Shown here: piece by piece, positions 61,801-64,000 of the stretch
How the letters are laid out: each line of letters starts with the position of its first letter
How positions within the stretch are numbered: position 1 is the first letter of the stretch
Virus record (IMG/VR): IMGVR_UViG_3300007775_000001
Coordinates: 32,001-96,000 of that record
DNA: 64,000 bases
Reading direction: 5' to 3' (one strand)
DNA from: a virus
Position numbers and translations under genes: made by a program
Notes under the pieces: generated by a model
What the model saw: only the letters and a program-made list of their open reading frames with translations
Database searches by the model: none
Told to the model about the DNA's origin: nothing

Positions 61801-62685
61801 TGCCATTTTGCCGCTTTCCATGATGGCAAGTTCTACGAGGTGCATACTTCGGACGATCTCGCACTGAAGCCCGATCAGGTTGCTCATGGAACATTGGACG
61901 GGAAACCTGGAGGTAGACCGCTTACTCCTTCTGAGATTAGCGCAGGTCGCACCAATCGAATGCTTGTTCACCTTGGCAAGATGTTTCTCTTGGGCAAGTC
62001 ATGGCACGGTATCTCTAGGGCTTCGGAGCAGAATGACCGCAACGAGGCGTGGCGGTTCTTCCAGATTTATCGTCGCATGAAGGTGGATTCCTGGAAGGTA
62101 CTCAATGACCGATACAAGGCTGCTGTTGAAGCTGTACAGCAGGGCCAGCGCACTATGACTTCAGAGCAGCGAGCGGCTGCGATTTCAAGCTACAACCCGT
62201 ACGTGCGGAGAGGAAGTAGGCGTCGAAGATCGTCAACTATTCGAAGACCGAATCGATTCAGGGATTGGACTCCAACCCAACAGAGAACTTGGATTGATCG
62301 GAATCGCGGTCAGTTGTCGGATGCTCAATACAATTCGGCATGGGAAGTGATGAGAAGTGCGAGACATCGTGTTGACATGGCGAGTCGTGCTCTTCAGACG
62401 TTTGTGAATGATGGTATTGTGACCGCGCCTTCGGCACCTCTCAATGAGATGAACGAGACAGACCTTCGACACTTTTTCCATGGTGAGTATAATTACTCAA
62501 CGCGGACACAGGTTTCGCAAGGTGTCATGAATGAGCTTCGAGCGCATTATGGTGAAGGCGATACAGCAATCTACAATCGCCATTTCCGGGAACTCAGGTT
62601 CTATCAGGACGATTTGATCAATGCTCGTCGTGCTCGTATTGCCGCTGAAGCGCGGCCAGCCGGACAACAAAGAGCAACAGGATAA
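58816..62685 (+). CDS. polyvalent head-region protein: Nudix + repeats + GNAT-like domain
   Basis: Nudix box GGLEPGEKPEEGAKRELFEEAG; two GSRGG repeats; HKYLRR motif; GGYNWANQGF. Confidence 0.8.
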   Translation: MSSFYVETESVSKGGREVASVAVMSGSNLLMGRRKDSGEWTLPGGGLEPGEKPEEGAKRELFEEAGVRVGQLRYLGSRRVKGVPDNDLITVHAFLVHQHGKATVRNDPDKEVSRWSWIDVSNGLPKAIEDELHSPRNVVLMMMGIQKEPKPSLVIRSDLGPIDLSKMYGGGVGEASDSEFGTYSGGGGKKPGGPGSRGGKVIGRTRSGKPIYESASHYGHNSFFAEEHLQAAEAHKHHAGSLLEHMKGNLHGNTSNFKTLMGKIEAHMTEADEHRKKAGTAPKAPRKKAEPAKKEYRYAASVFDDSDIIKSLEAIVKHVEKPGSRGGHIIAWRDGEPIYGKEQPKVKRKVASATVKYTTALSPSGKKENVAVHLNPSADDLAEHIPAGARAWLLPGGNLYVMDNKNILHLSAIESVMNSGFITKQQFRDIIPPKSFLSDTDPSEGIMLERVGNSNMFVLGESYEGGVPEGDELSDIKDSIRAFKKNSKGVIIRPSSIRDFNVEDYLHMSFDQEEFDLWKADDKMISTPQKGMVKKHEHLVRVPKTPSHMSFFVKAAPGEVRPGHKYLRRYRRNDQWVYVYREPEGDTRELNEEAMSLLHHLAARGDEDATYLLNNLKEKAADEVLDRELNGTERHDVVQMIRNSLDQNVFRYLNQYTTSPFHQTLTRNRVTLDSVMSQVQGQTLRGLLTSYHNALRDVDRAHSTLQITSSQNTDARGAGGYANLAYNRALQALETRTAFLPARYSEVHRRGTRSGSNDLEPFVNTQEIREAAERQERERQAAEAERERQAAEEREQIMGEYRTKMTGAIIDHLDPSVHVSPDKIATIHRALKNMFGGNVPTREQWPYDFSQYGYRVKISDVAADNNTISFALSATNASGEQVTRSWRRNWRNNGGHPAIYNALLETYPSARGTGPEIGELINKAQNKLMHETDPDHGVIGVFAAMTVGGYNWANQGFRFDRASGDRGVVLMQFRNFLAEHGIRLTDEELSHFKEPCHFAAFHDGKFYEVHTSDDLALKPDQVAHGTLDGKPGGRPLTPSEISAGRTNRMLVHLGKMFLLGKSWHGISRASEQNDRNEAWRFFQIYRRMKVDSWKVLNDRYKAAVEAVQQGQRTMTSEQRAAAISSYNPYVRRGSRRRRSSTIRRPNRFRDWTPTQQRTWIDRNRGQLSDAQYNSAWEVMRSARHRVDMASRALQTFVNDGIVTAPSAPLNEMNETDLRHFFHGEYNYSTRTQVSQGVMNELRAHYGEGDTAIYNRHFRELRFYQDDLINARRARIAAEARPAGQQRATG
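58821..58840. repeat. dispersed palindrome copy 7
   Basis: CAGTTTCTACGTAGAAACTG within the first codons of the ORF. Confidence 0.9.
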
Positions 62686-62687
62686 TC

Positions 62688-62891
62688 ATGCCAAAAGACA
62701 TCAAGCCAATCGAGTCGGTCAAAGACCGACTCGTTGATGTGAATGACATTGACAGCGAGCTTGACATCGATCCGTATTTCGGTGAACAGGTCGCTGACGC
62801 GGCGCGGGAATCGTTCAAGGAGTCCAATCCTGGTCTGTATGCTGTACTGACCAAATACCGGAATCATGGCACTGACAGCAAGGGAACTTGA
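62688..62891 (+). CDS. small acidic protein
   Basis: AGGA RBS; 67 aa directly after the polyvalent protein. Confidence 0.6.
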   Translation: MPKDIKPIESVKDRLVDVNDIDSELDIDPYFGEQVADAARESFKESNPGLYAVLTKYRNHGTDSKGT

Positions 62892-63903
62892 GGAGATTCG
62901 CGATATCGTCCGTAGGCATTATCTTGCTCTGACGCATGATGCCACGGGTAACATTTCGCTGACTCCAGCGGAACTTGCTGAGCTTCGCCGTGCTGGTCTG
63001 ATCACTGGTCGTGAACCGGTGGTTATGCAGAATGCGTACGAGTTCGGCAAGGTGGCCGTTGCTGTGGGGCCGATTGCGGCCAGAGCCATGACGGTTGAAC
63101 AAGTGCGTCTGGCGATTTCGAAAATGAAGCCTCTGACTGAAGTCGAGAGGGCCTCATTGGATTTCGCTCGTGCAAGTGCTGGGCAGTACATCAAGGGCAT
63201 TATGGACATGACCCTGAAGGATGCCACTACTTCTGCAATGCGTGCTTCTGGTGCGGCATTGAGGGCTGTTCAGGAGGGTGTTTCAGAGGCAGTGGCAGAC
63301 CGCAAGACGATCAGCGAGCTTCGCACTGAATTGTTTAACACCATCGACAACCGGTCTCGTGACTGGACACGTATCGCTCACACAGAACTGACCAACGCGA
63401 TCCAGAACGGTATCTACAATGAGATCAGGGATACCTCTCCGGCGGGGGCCGATCAGGTGGTGTTCAAGAGTCCGAATCCAGATGCCTGCAAATACTGCAA
63501 GGCACTCTATCTAAAGCCTGATGGAATTACACCACGGGTATTCAAGCTGAGAGACCTGGAGCCGTCAAACTTCGGCAGACGAGCGCGTGATTGGAAGCCT
63601 GTTGTTGGTGCAACTCATCCATGGTGCAACTGCCAGATTCACATCGTTCCGGATGGGTACGACTTTGTCACGAGGCCAGTGGTTCAAGAACAGTTTGACG
63701 AGGGCGGGAAGACGTACAAGCAGGGTCAACGATTGAGCGAGACAGAGTATCGTACACTTCGGTCTTCGCATGCCGACAAGATAGGGAAAGGAGCGATTCT
63801 TGAGTTCACTGGTACGACGGCTGCACCAGAGATCATGAGAAGCATGTTGGACAGTATCCCTATCCATTCGGTTGACGAGGAAGAACCGATCTGCGAGTGC
63901 TGA
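62866..63903 (+). CDS. MuF/SPP1-gp7-like head morphogenesis (minor capsid) protein
   Basis: RIAHTE..ACKYC..HPWCNC. Confidence 0.85.
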   Translation: MALTARELEEIRDIVRRHYLALTHDATGNISLTPAELAELRRAGLITGREPVVMQNAYEFGKVAVAVGPIAARAMTVEQVRLAISKMKPLTEVERASLDFARASAGQYIKGIMDMTLKDATTSAMRASGAALRAVQEGVSEAVADRKTISELRTELFNTIDNRSRDWTRIAHTELTNAIQNGIYNEIRDTSPAGADQVVFKSPNPDACKYCKALYLKPDGITPRVFKLRDLEPSNFGRRARDWKPVVGATHPWCNCQIHIVPDGYDFVTRPVVQEQFDEGGKTYKQGQRLSETEYRTLRSSHADKIGKGAILEFTGTTAAPEIMRSMLDSIPIHSVDEEEPICEC

Positions 63904-63904
63904 G

Positions 63905-64000
63905 ATGCCAAGAGGAACCCACAAGTACATTCGACGCGAAGGCACTTCGGGCAACTATCGCTACTTCTATTCCGATGCTCAAGGTCGGGAGAAGCCAGCG
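63905..64000 (+). CDS. 5' part of protein starting with the HKYIRR motif (partial)
   Basis: MPRGTHKYIRREGTSGNYRYFYSD, open to window end. Confidence 0.65.
   Translation, partial: MPRGTHKYIRREGTSGNYRYFYSDAQGREKPA

Noticed and set aside
48-63954. Numerous minus-strand ORFs in the track (e.g. 12576..13823, 54204..55409, 56024..57016)
   Set aside because: They are antisense shadows of well-supported + strand genes or tRNAs and show no recognisable motifs.

Overview
A 64-kb segment of a large lytic dsDNA tailed phage in which essentially every gene is on the + strand and the standard code is used. It contains: (1) a replication/recombination module (DnaE-type polymerase, gp32-like SSB, RecA/UvsX, SbcCD, RecU-like resolvase, ThyX, dCTP deaminase, kinase, ParB-like protein plus DNA methyltransferase); (2) long runs of small accessory genes behind a repeated sigma70-type promoter; (3) 29 canonical tRNAs covering all 20 amino acids, interspersed with tRNA-like and other structured noncoding elements; (4) a candidate ~600-nt ornate ncRNA; and (5) the start of the head module (terminase, portal, MuF-like protein). 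The strongest candidate for an undescribed system is the set of modular proteins around the portal. They share repeated peptides (8 copies of GEGSRGGKVIGHTRSGKPIY plus two other shared motifs) and dense hydrophobic-K-[A/S/G] motifs resembling head-protease sites, and they carry enzyme domains (RelA/SpoT synthetase, Nudix, GNAT-like, HiPIP-like). I infer a capsid cargo-loading/polyprotein system. Other strong signals are seven dispersed copies of a parS-like perfect palindrome (core TTTCTACGTAGAAA), a shared C-terminal motif D-h-h-x-E-L-x-x-[L/I] on at least six unrelated proteins, and an sRNA candidate with an anti-Shine-Dalgarno loop. All family calls come from motif recognition by eye; no searches were run.
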